From positions 1-61,276 of the forward strand of contig JAPLKN010000145.1 of NCBI GenBank assembly GCA_026388075.1: a DNA stretch of 61,276 bases, in the 5' to 3' direction. The notes beneath the pieces are model-generated. The model made no database searches and had not been told where the DNA came from. It saw nothing but the letters and a program-made list of their open reading frames with translations. The stretch comes from Elusimicrobiota bacterium (lineage in GTDB: Bacteria; Elusimicrobiota; Endomicrobiia; Endomicrobiales; JAPLKN01). Below, piece after piece: positions 1 through 8,019 of this stretch; the stretch's first letter is position 1, and every line of letters begins with the position of its first letter. Made by a program: the position numbers and the translations under genes.

Positions 1-3000
1 AAAGATTTTGACGCAATCGTTAAATCTCCCCAAGAACATACCGACCAAATAGAAAGGTTAAAATATTTTAAACAACTAAATATTTTAATTGACCCGGTAC
101 AAAATATATTCATCCGAATAAAGAATAAGCCAAAATCCGATTCGCTCGCAACGCTCTATGTAGGTAACGAAATAGCTTCTGAGATTCGCTTTGATAATGA
201 CGGACCCGTACCAGTAATTTTAGACACGTTGGCGGTTTCAAAATGGCGCAAAAAAGGGCTGACGCAATGGCTGCTGCTTTATTTATTTTTATATTCTGTA
301 AATATTTGTGATGTAAAAATAGTCAGGACAAATGCAATCACCGGCACTAACGGGCTTCCGGAAAACCTATGGAAAAAATATAATGGGACCGGAGCGCAAT
401 TCTACAAAACGATACAGGAAATTGCCGTCAAGGGGGTCCATTTTGAGCTTTCTATTGCCGGAATTGGATATGCAGAATTTAATCTGAAAGAAATAAATTA
501 TGATAACTGGAGAAAATATCTTGAAGAACATAAGCCTTTGTCAGCTATTGTAAAGGGTAATCAGAAAGAAAACGATGCGGCTGCAACGCTTCCTTCAACT
601 TACGACAATTTCATTTTGAAACTTCAAGAGGATCCGGAGTTTTTCAAAAAAGCGCTCAATAAGTGTTATCCCGATAATATAAACAGTACAAATGAAAAAG
701 AATGGGCAAAAGCCGCAAATAAAATGACCGAAGAACGGCTGCACAATGTTCTTGCAGCTATTAAGAATTTGGGAGAGAATTGGTGGAAGGATGATGTTAT
801 TAATTTAGTAAAAGACGCAGCAATTAGAGAGGATCTTATAATTCTGCGCCGTATCTGCCAAATATATTATGCTCCTGTTAGTGAAGCATTGCAGTTGATT
901 AGTCTCGCGAAAAGAGCATTTAGAAAGGTGCTTTCAATAAAGTCAAAATCAAAAAAAGTGATAAAGGAAGCCATAGCAAAAGCGATAACGGAAGTTGCGG
1001 GTATATTTGTGGAGAAGCACGGGTCGCAAACTGAAGTAGAAAGGGAAATAAGATTGCAGGGTGTAACGGACATATTGAAAGCAATATATTTGGGGATAGA
1101 TGAGGCAGTAAAAACAGCAGGTAAAGCAGTGCTTGGAATAGATAAAATTTCCGAAAAAGTATTTAAAATTGCCGTAGAAAAACACAGGGAATATAACAGA
1201 AGCCATCCCGAAGCGCCGCTGAGTAGAAATATAGCTAACGTGAAAAAGGCGGAGATTCTCGGTTATGATGAATATGCAGGCAAAGTTCTCGGTTACTATA
1301 GAGCGCGAAAGGGGCTTATTGATGCCATCAAAGATGGGGATATTAAGGCTTATAGATCGGATTATCAAAAAATTTTGGATTGCGCGATAGCAATCAAACA
1401 GTCATATATGAATAAACAGATTGATCTTAAAGCTGTTGTTAAGAAATTGGCGGGAGAAGGAAAACTCAGAGAATTTTATATCAAGGTTAAGAGAAAAGAA
1501 AACCTTGTCGCCCTTGGACAGTGGGACGAGATTTTACACTCGGCAGGGGATAAATTCAGCATCGAGCAGAAGCAGTGGATCGAAGAAACAGCTGACAAAA
1601 TAATTGCGGCGTTTCCTCAAGATCGGCAGAAATCAATTTTAGAGAAAAAGAATGAACTTATCGGAGATACCGTTCCATTTTCTTTAAAGCAATATGCTTT
1701 TTTCAAACCAAAACGTGTAGAACAAGCATTGGGTCAGTGCAGAAATGAAGGTGAGCGGGAAAGGTTCGCACAGGATGCTGAGGATATTTTGTATGAAGAA
1801 GCCACTTTTGAAAAAGGTGGCCACTATGGTTCAACAATGCGGTATCCTGGGCCGAATCCTGTACCCATGATAATCATGCGTGCTACGAATAATGAAGCCA
1901 TTTTCGTGGCTGTTTACATCCATGAAATAATCCATTATCTAGCTCTTAAAGGCATAATTGGTATTCCAGCCAGCGTTGAGATCGTAGGACACGTACTGTC
2001 AACGATAGAAAAAGCAGTCTACGACGACGGCCGGAAAGCGACGGAAGAGATTTTGTTCAATGCCGGACTAGAATGGCAAAGGAATAATCCGGATACCGAA
2101 ATTACAGTGATGGAATTAAACCAAGCGACACATGATACTATCATACAAAACTGGGAAAGATTGGGGCTATCATCGCTTTCAGATGCCCAGTATTTGCTGT
2201 TTAACGAGACTGCTGGACGTACTTCGGGAACTTTCCTTGGGGGCATATTTTGGGCAAGGAGCCGCGGTGACGAAGCTACAGCGCTCAAGTCTGCAATCGC
2301 TTGGATGGACACCTTTATAGCGACTAATGCCAACAACGTTCCTCTTTTGTATGTCGACCCCGATTATCTTATTGCAGAAAAAAAGGGTTTGACTGAAAAA
2401 TGGGATAAATTAAGGACAAGAAATTTAATTCGCACTCTTACAGATTGTGCGGCAGGTCACGACCCTAATTACTTAAGAACCATAAACGAAGGCATAAGGC
2501 CCGTATGGAAAAAGACAATCGAAGATGACGGCTGGACACTGGATGCTGCAAAGAAGATAGCGACAAAGGGTTCTGATGGAAAATGGGACGCTAAACCCGG
2601 CTGGGAAGTTGTTGTTGAATTGCTAAATACGCGGAAAAATGGCTCTCCGCTTTTGACTATCCCAGGCACTTACATCGCTTTTGCCAAAGAGCTTTTTGAG
2701 AAAACTGTCTCTAAGAGCAAAAAGCTTGCGAGAAGTTGGAACTACCCTAACGACATAAACAGCACAAGCGAAATAGCCTGGACCAAAGCCAAAAACAGTG
2801 TTAACGGTTGGTCAAAGGAGCGAAGACTTGCTGCGGTAAACTGGATGCATGCAAATAGTGGTGATTGGTGGAAAAAGATAGATGCAGTAACGAAAGAAGA
2901 CCTACCTCAGCTAACCCAGGAACAATTCAATCAATTAATAAATGATGTCAAAATTCTTCGCCGTATCTCTGAGATTAATTTTGCGCCAGAACATGAAGCA

Positions 3001-6000
3001 CCGGAATTGATAAAACTTGCGAGGGATGTATGGAATGCGGTAAAAGAAGGGATCAATTTTGAAAAAGCCTTAGAACTGGCCGCAATTATGTTTGTCGGGA
3101 AACATCAAAATAAAAGCAACGCAGTTCGTGATGAGCGTATTGAAGGAACAAAGAGCATAATAAGGGCCATTCTGGACGAAGTAAACAAAACAGTGGACAA
3201 TATATTTGGCTCAGCGGTTAAAATTACTAACATTTCCTGTGACATATGGCGAATTGCCGTAGAAAAGCACAAGGAATATAACATTGCCCATCCCGAAGCG
3301 CCGCTGACACAGTCAAGCAAAGAAAGCGGGACAAAAAAATTAAAAGACGTCTTGAATAAAATAATAGGGCCAGATAAATTCCAGCTTGAATACCGATCTG
3401 ACGGGAGTTATATTGTAACGATAGATGCGGCAGATATAACTGAAGGAAATGCAAAAAAGTTGAAAGCGTTAAACATAAAGATAGCCTTAACAGGGGTAAA
3501 AGAATGGGCAGATTATATGGCAGTAATAGCAGAAAATATAGAAGAGTTGGAGTTAACACAAGTAAAAGACATAGCTTTTATAAGGGGACTGAAACAGTTA
3601 AGAAAACTGAAAATCAGTGATTCGAAAATAGAAGATTTAAGTTTGTTAGCTAAGATAACAAGCCTAGAGAGTATAGAGCTTGAAAAGTTGGGAAAGCTGA
3701 GAAACCTGAGTCTCAGCGAACACATGAAAATTCAAAGTGTGAAGTTAAAGAATCTAAGGAATTTGGAAATGATTGACCTTAGTTTCTCGGGGATACAAAA
3801 GCTTGATCTTGGCGAAGGCCTTAGGGAATTGGAAGAACTTAATCTTCGCTCGTGTAAAAATCTTAAAAGTTTGAAATTAGAAAACCTAAGCAGTTTAGAG
3901 AATATTGACCTTCAAGAATCAGGGATAGAAACGCTTGAACTTGGCGCTGATCTTGGGGAATTGAAGAATCTTGATTTTAGCTGGTGTAGCAATCTTAGAA
4001 ATTTGAAGTTAGAAAATTTGAATAGTTTGGAATGGATTAGCCTGAGGGCATCAGGAATAGAAAAGCTTGAACTTGGCGAAGGCCTTGAGAAATTGGAAGA
4101 ACTTAAACTCAATAAATGTAAAACTCTTAAAAGCTTGAAGTTAGAAAACCTAAGCAGTTTGGGAAGAATTGCCCTTGAAAATTCAGGGATAGAAACACTT
4201 GAACTTGGCGAAGGCCTTGGGGAATTGGAAGAACTCGATCTTTCTGAATGTAAAAATCTTAGAAGCTTGAAATTAAGAAACCTAAGCAGTTTAGAGAATA
4301 TTGACCTTCAAGAATCAGGGATAGAAACGCTTGAACTTGGCGAAGGCCTTGGGGAATTGAAAGTACTTGATCTTCCCTTTTGTGAAAATCTTAAAAGTTT
4401 GAAATTAGAGAACCTAAGCAGTTTAGAGAATATTGACCTTCAGGAATCAGGGATAGAAAAGGTTAAACTTGGCGAAGGCCTTGGGGAATTGGAGGAACTT
4501 AATCTTCGCTCGTGTGAAAATCTTAAAAACTTAAAATTAGAAAACCTAAGCAGTTTAGAAGAAATTGACCTTCAAGCATCAGGGATAGAAACGCTTGAAC
4601 TTGGCGAAGGCCTTAGGGAATTGAAAGTACTTGATCTTCACTTGTGTGAAAATCTTAAAAGTTTGAAATTAGAGAACCTAAGCAGTTTGGAAGCGGCTGA
4701 CCTTGAAGATTCAGGAATAGAAACGCTTAAAGTAGGAAAGATCAGTGTCAAATTAGGAAAATTTCCAAGGGAATATTTGAATGAAATGGTTTCGTGTTGG
4801 TTATTATTGCTAAAGAAAAAAATAATTGATAGCCCAAAGAAAATATGGGATGATTTAGTCAGCATTTTAAATCTCAGTTCCGGTGTGGAAAAGAGGATTC
4901 TTTCAGCTATCAAAGAACTTTCGCCGATGATTGAAAAATATCCCCAATCGTGGAACGAACTAATTAAACCGATAATTTATAACCAAACGCAAGGCGCATT
5001 CCTTTCATTGGAAGCAGTTAAAAAACTCTATGATATGAAAGCAATTCAAACGGACAAAGATATGGAGTTTATTAAAACATTGATTATGGAACAAAGCTTT
5101 GGAGCATATAACACATTGAAGAATTTTATTATAAAAGGAATTGAAGGGAAAGAAAAGATTATAACTCTTCCGTTTTCGGTTAAAGAAGGAGTAACCGGTC
5201 AAGAAAAGTTGACAGATGAAGCGATAAAGATTATGAAATTCCTTAAAGAGATTGAATACCCTATTTTAGAAGTTTATAAGGTTTATAAAGATCCTGCAAG
5301 GAAAAAAGAAAAGGAGGGTTTGTTATCAAGGTGCAGGAATATCCATAAAAAAATAATGGATGGCGATGTGAGCGAGGTTGAGAAAGATCCATTATTCGTA
5401 CCCATACAGTACTACGTGCTTTCTCCCGAAGCAACTATGGAAGAAGCAATGTATGAAAATCTTAACGAAACCCGTCCGGACAGGAAAGAGGACACCAAAG
5501 CGCTAGAACGAGCGGTTGTGAGATGGAAGCCTATCCAATGGAGGAAATTTGAGGCTAGTGTTGGAAATTATAAGCTGAAAGATCCTTCCGAGCCTTTGAA
5601 TTCTACGCCTTGGGGAACAATCTTGAAAGTAGTAAAAGAGGTGAATAAAGAAGAAAAATCAACATTTAAAGAAGAAGAAAAGAGTAAGCTGGGAAAAGAA
5701 CTGATTGAAATATTGAAGAATAAGGATTGGAGCAGACACGGCGAAGAGGATATTAAGAAATGGGAAAATAAACGGGAAGAGATAATTAAGCAGTTATATC
5801 GGTTGTATAGGAGCAATGGATTTAGCCTGCCGGAAAATTTAAATACCATAGAGCATATAATGAATCATAAACAGTTTGTCGGAGATACACTAAGAGACTT
5901 AATCAATGAAGCGGTAAACGCCTATAGAAAAGGAAGCGAAACCAATGAGAAATATTATCAGGAGAGTATGGGAAATCTTTATAGAACCAAGATTAAAGAT

Positions 6001-7989
6001 CCTGCAAAGGGAGCCAAAATAATCCTTGGAATTCTTAAAAATGAAAAGATAGAAGAACCGGTTAAGAAAGAGAGGATTGGGGGAATATTGGGGATAGAAG
6101 AAGGCGTGCTGGATATGGTATGGGAAAAAATTAAAGAAAAAAAGGAGTTGGGAAAGATAGAAGAGGTATTATCAGGGATAGAGTTTAAAATCCAGCAAGG
6201 AAAAGAAGCGCTAGATTTAGCCCAAGTTTTGCAGGGGGAAGAATACAAACAGATGCAGGGAGAAGTAAACGCTAAGTATGAATTCAATGAGGGGAAAGAT
6301 AAGTTAAAATTAAGATTTCTGGTTTCAAAAAGAAAAGGGCACGGGGTGGCAGGATACAATATGGGGGTTTGCGTTGCTCCTGACAAACAATTATGGAATA
6401 ATCCCAATTTTATGAATGCAATCATTTGGGATGAGAAGGGCCTTGCAATGGGCGGTTTCCATATACTGATTATTGAAAATGAAGGAAAGAGATACTTAAC
6501 GCTTCCCGGGATAAACCCCAGCAGTAAACTGCTTGCGCAGGTTGCGGCAGATTCCATATTTGATGAAATTATCAAATATGCACACGATGTGGCGAAAGTC
6601 TTGAAGTGTGAAGAGGTTTTAATTCCTTCAAATTCAACAATCCATTCCAACCGCTCTGAGATTCAAAGAGTGATTGCCTCAAGAGAATATGAAAAGAAGA
6701 TGCTAAAGGAAATTCAGCCTTTTAGTTATTCCCCCTATAAATACGAATTTCAAGAATGTTTAGTTGTTCCGCCTATAAAATCTAAATTCTGGAAAAATGT
6801 AGCTTTGGTATTACGTGAATACATCCCGTCATTATTGCCCCATTTTTATGAGAAACACTTCAAAAAGGGAGAGGTCCCCACCGGCGAGGAGAAGGCTTCC
6901 GACCCCAGGATAAAAGGCATAAGGGAGATGCGAAAAGCCGCGATAATCCCGTTTCCTTTTTATGGCGTCAGCTTGCTTGGGCTTCTTGTTCCCTGGGGAG
7001 CAATAATTATTTGGCTTACGATAATAGCAGTAACAATTGCATCAATATCATACAGCGGAAAGAAACATTTGGAGTTTAACCGCGAGCATCCCGATAAGCT
7101 TTTGACAAAATATAATCAGGCTAGTGGTCCTTCAAAAAAACGCCTGGGTGGAAACAAAATAACAAATATTCGCCAACCTTTAACGCCAAAACAACAATTA
7201 GACTTTTACTCAAAGCCAAACCAAGAAGCAATATTATTTAAAAAGGCAATTAAAACAATTGATCCATTGAATGAAAATATTACTGCTCTGGAGAAAGAAG
7301 AGCTGGTTAAGAATTATAAGAAAATAATTGAGAACAATCTGGATCTGGCATTAATAGAAATATCACGAGTTAATGGAGATAGGGGAACAATTTATATAAA
7401 AGTTAATAAAAATGGTATGCCGGAAATAATTCAGATGGCGTATAACAATGACGGAAAAACATACATAAAAAGCAAGTTTGATTTTAAGAAAAAAATCTCC
7501 AATTTAGAATCTAATGAACAGGCCGAATTAAATAAACATTTATTGGATTACAATCCTTTAGGTAATGACGCATTGATTATGAGCGATTTTGATATTTCAG
7601 TTTCAGCGCCGGTATTTCAGCTTGAATACACGAGTTCCTATTATAAGGCATTGGAGCTGTTTTATTATATTTATATGAATTTAACAGGAAGCGGCGAAAT
7701 AAGAGAAATTGAAAATATAATAAGAAAGGGAAAAGACGATTACGCATATTATAAAATACCCGCAAATATAGAAGTAATTGTGATAAATAAAGTTCCTTAT
7801 ATTGTTGGTTTCGGATTAAAAGAAGTGGAAAGAAAAGGGGAGCAAATCCTTGATAGAACGCCTTTTGACGATTTTAACTTTAAGGAAGCTCGGTCTGAAG
7901 ATGCGAAAAGAGGAATTGCAAAAAGTGAACTGAAAAATTTGTTAAAGGGACTTATTGATAAGAGTTCTTTTTCACTAACCGACAAATAA
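1..7989 (+). CDS. Giant mosaic protein A, 5-prime partial (at least 2662 aa in window). It contains a duplicated helical module, an HEIIH zincin-like motif, a 44-aa LRR array, a region paralogous to ORF E and a C-terminal TM pair.
   Basis: The frame of the ORF-track call 229..7989 has no stop from nt 1 to TAA 7987-7989. Position 229 is only the first TTG, so the gene almost certainly continues upstream of the window. Hydrophobic pair AAIIPFPFYGVSLLGLLVPWGAIIIWLTIIAVTIASI lies at about 6937-7055. Confidence 0.85.
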   Translation, partial: KDFDAIVKSPQEHTDQIERLKYFKQLNILIDPVQNIFIRIKNKPKSDSLATLYVGNEIASEIRFDNDGPVPVILDTLAVSKWRKKGLTQWLLLYLFLYSVNICDVKIVRTNAITGTNGLPENLWKKYNGTGAQFYKTIQEIAVKGVHFELSIAGIGYAEFNLKEINYDNWRKYLEEHKPLSAIVKGNQKENDAAATLPSTYDNFILKLQEDPEFFKKALNKCYPDNINSTNEKEWAKAANKMTEERLHNVLAAIKNLGENWWKDDVINLVKDAAIREDLIILRRICQIYYAPVSEALQLISLAKRAFRKVLSIKSKSKKVIKEAIAKAITEVAGIFVEKHGSQTEVEREIRLQGVTDILKAIYLGIDEAVKTAGKAVLGIDKISEKVFKIAVEKHREYNRSHPEAPLSRNIANVKKAEILGYDEYAGKVLGYYRARKGLIDAIKDGDIKAYRSDYQKILDCAIAIKQSYMNKQIDLKAVVKKLAGEGKLREFYIKVKRKENLVALGQWDEILHSAGDKFSIEQKQWIEETADKIIAAFPQDRQKSILEKKNELIGDTVPFSLKQYAFFKPKRVEQALGQCRNEGERERFAQDAEDILYEEATFEKGGHYGSTMRYPGPNPVPMIIMRATNNEAIFVAVYIHEIIHYLALKGIIGIPASVEIVGHVLSTIEKAVYDDGRKATEEILFNAGLEWQRNNPDTEITVMELNQATHDTIIQNWERLGLSSLSDAQYLLFNETAGRTSGTFLGGIFWARSRGDEATALKSAIAWMDTFIATNANNVPLLYVDPDYLIAEKKGLTEKWDKLRTRNLIRTLTDCAAGHDPNYLRTINEGIRPVWKKTIEDDGWTLDAAKKIATKGSDGKWDAKPGWEVVVELLNTRKNGSPLLTIPGTYIAFAKELFEKTVSKSKKLARSWNYPNDINSTSEIAWTKAKNSVNGWSKERRLAAVNWMHANSGDWWKKIDAVTKEDLPQLTQEQFNQLINDVKILRRISEINFAPEHEAPELIKLARDVWNAVKEGINFEKALELAAIMFVGKHQNKSNAVRDERIEGTKSIIRAILDEVNKTVDNIFGSAVKITNISCDIWRIAVEKHKEYNIAHPEAPLTQSSKESGTKKLKDVLNKIIGPDKFQLEYRSDGSYIVTIDAADITEGNAKKLKALNIKIALTGVKEWADYMAVIAENIEELELTQVKDIAFIRGLKQLRKLKISDSKIEDLSLLAKITSLESIELEKLGKLRNLSLSEHMKIQSVKLKNLRNLEMIDLSFSGIQKLDLGEGLRELEELNLRSCKNLKSLKLENLSSLENIDLQESGIETLELGADLGELKNLDFSWCSNLRNLKLENLNSLEWISLRASGIEKLELGEGLEKLEELKLNKCKTLKSLKLENLSSLGRIALENSGIETLELGEGLGELEELDLSECKNLRSLKLRNLSSLENIDLQESGIETLELGEGLGELKVLDLPFCENLKSLKLENLSSLENIDLQESGIEKVKLGEGLGELEELNLRSCENLKNLKLENLSSLEEIDLQASGIETLELGEGLRELKVLDLHLCENLKSLKLENLSSLEAADLEDSGIETLKVGKISVKLGKFPREYLNEMVSCWLLLLKKKIIDSPKKIWDDLVSILNLSSGVEKRILSAIKELSPMIEKYPQSWNELIKPIIYNQTQGAFLSLEAVKKLYDMKAIQTDKDMEFIKTLIMEQSFGAYNTLKNFIIKGIEGKEKIITLPFSVKEGVTGQEKLTDEAIKIMKFLKEIEYPILEVYKVYKDPARKKEKEGLLSRCRNIHKKIMDGDVSEVEKDPLFVPIQYYVLSPEATMEEAMYENLNETRPDRKEDTKALERAVVRWKPIQWRKFEASVGNYKLKDPSEPLNSTPWGTILKVVKEVNKEEKSTFKEEEKSKLGKELIEILKNKDWSRHGEEDIKKWENKREEIIKQLYRLYRSNGFSLPENLNTIEHIMNHKQFVGDTLRDLINEAVNAYRKGSETNEKYYQESMGNLYRTKIKDPAKGAKIILGILKNEKIEEPVKKERIGGILGIEEGVLDMVWEKIKEKKELGKIEEVLSGIEFKIQQGKEALDLAQVLQGEEYKQMQGEVNAKYEFNEGKDKLKLRFLVSKRKGHGVAGYNMGVCVAPDKQLWNNPNFMNAIIWDEKGLAMGGFHILIIENEGKRYLTLPGINPSSKLLAQVAADSIFDEIIKYAHDVAKVLKCEEVLIPSNSTIHSNRSEIQRVIASREYEKKMLKEIQPFSYSPYKYEFQECLVVPPIKSKFWKNVALVLREYIPSLLPHFYEKHFKKGEVPTGEEKASDPRIKGIREMRKAAIIPFPFYGVSLLGLLVPWGAIIIWLTIIAVTIASISYSGKKHLEFNREHPDKLLTKYNQASGPSKKRLGGNKITNIRQPLTPKQQLDFYSKPNQEAILFKKAIKTIDPLNENITALEKEELVKNYKKIIENNLDLALIEISRVNGDRGTIYIKVNKNGMPEIIQMAYNNDGKTYIKSKFDFKKKISNLESNEQAELNKHLLDYNPLGNDALIMSDFDISVSAPVFQLEYTSSYYKALELFYYIYMNLTGSGEIREIENIIRKGKDDYAYYKIPANIEVIVINKVPYIVGFGLKEVERKGEQILDRTPFDDFNFKEARSEDAKRGIAKSELKNLLKGLIDKSSFSLTDK
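664..1230 (+). repeat. Internal duplication in ORF A, copy 1 (YPDNINSTNEKEW ... ILRRICQIYYAP ... IAVEKHREYNRSHPEAPL)
   Basis: Alignable by eye with 2743-3310. The 56-nt core at 1171-1226 differs from 3253-3308 at only a few positions. Confidence 0.7.
1830..1990 (+). other. Zincin-like HExxH module (RYPGPNPVPMIIMRATNNEAIFVAVYIHEIIHYLALKG)
   Basis: HEIIH is encoded at 1921-1935. The same layout (YPG..., short beta-like stretch, hydrophobic run, HExxH) recurs in ORF C (24239) and ORF D (49853). Confidence 0.4.
2743..3310 (+). repeat. Internal duplication in ORF A, copy 2 (YPNDINSTSEIAW ... ILRRISEINFAP ... IAVEKHKEYNIAHPEAPL)
   Basis: Paralogous to 664-1230, offset about 2080 nt. Confidence 0.7.
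3754..4745 (+). repeat. Tandem 132-bp (44-aa) leucine-rich repeat array, about 7.5 units, inside ORF A
   Basis: The CTA codon of L-S-S-L-E-N-I-D-L recurs at 3754, 3886, 4018, 4150, 4282, 4414, 4546 and 4678, exactly 132 nt apart. The unit is LSSLENIDLQESGIETLELGEGLGELEELDLSECKNLKSLKLEN, with a Cys-containing LxxLxLxxCxxL half. More diverged LRRs extend back to about 3540. Confidence 0.9.
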
Positions 7990-8019
7990 AAGGAAGAGTT
8001 TATCAAGAAATTTGATGAA

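Noticed and set aside
3754-4745. Regular tandem repeats (132 bp) and the hairpin clusters at 13964-14107 / 16881-16934 as possible CRISPR arrays
   Set aside because: The 132-bp units are contiguous with no unique spacers and are translated in frame as LRRs. The intergenic hairpins differ from one another and are irregularly spaced.
5979-6650. Long antisense ORFs inside the giant genes (e.g. 5979-6650, 223 aa; 29563-30231, 222 aa; 9261-9773; 43015-43431; 58847-59248; 59729-60109)
   Set aside because: All lie fully inside much longer sense ORFs. They have Ser/Phe/Leu/Ile-rich compositions, as expected from reading Lys/Glu/Asn-rich AT-biased coding sequence backwards. They show no SD and no recognisable motifs, so they are shadow ORFs.
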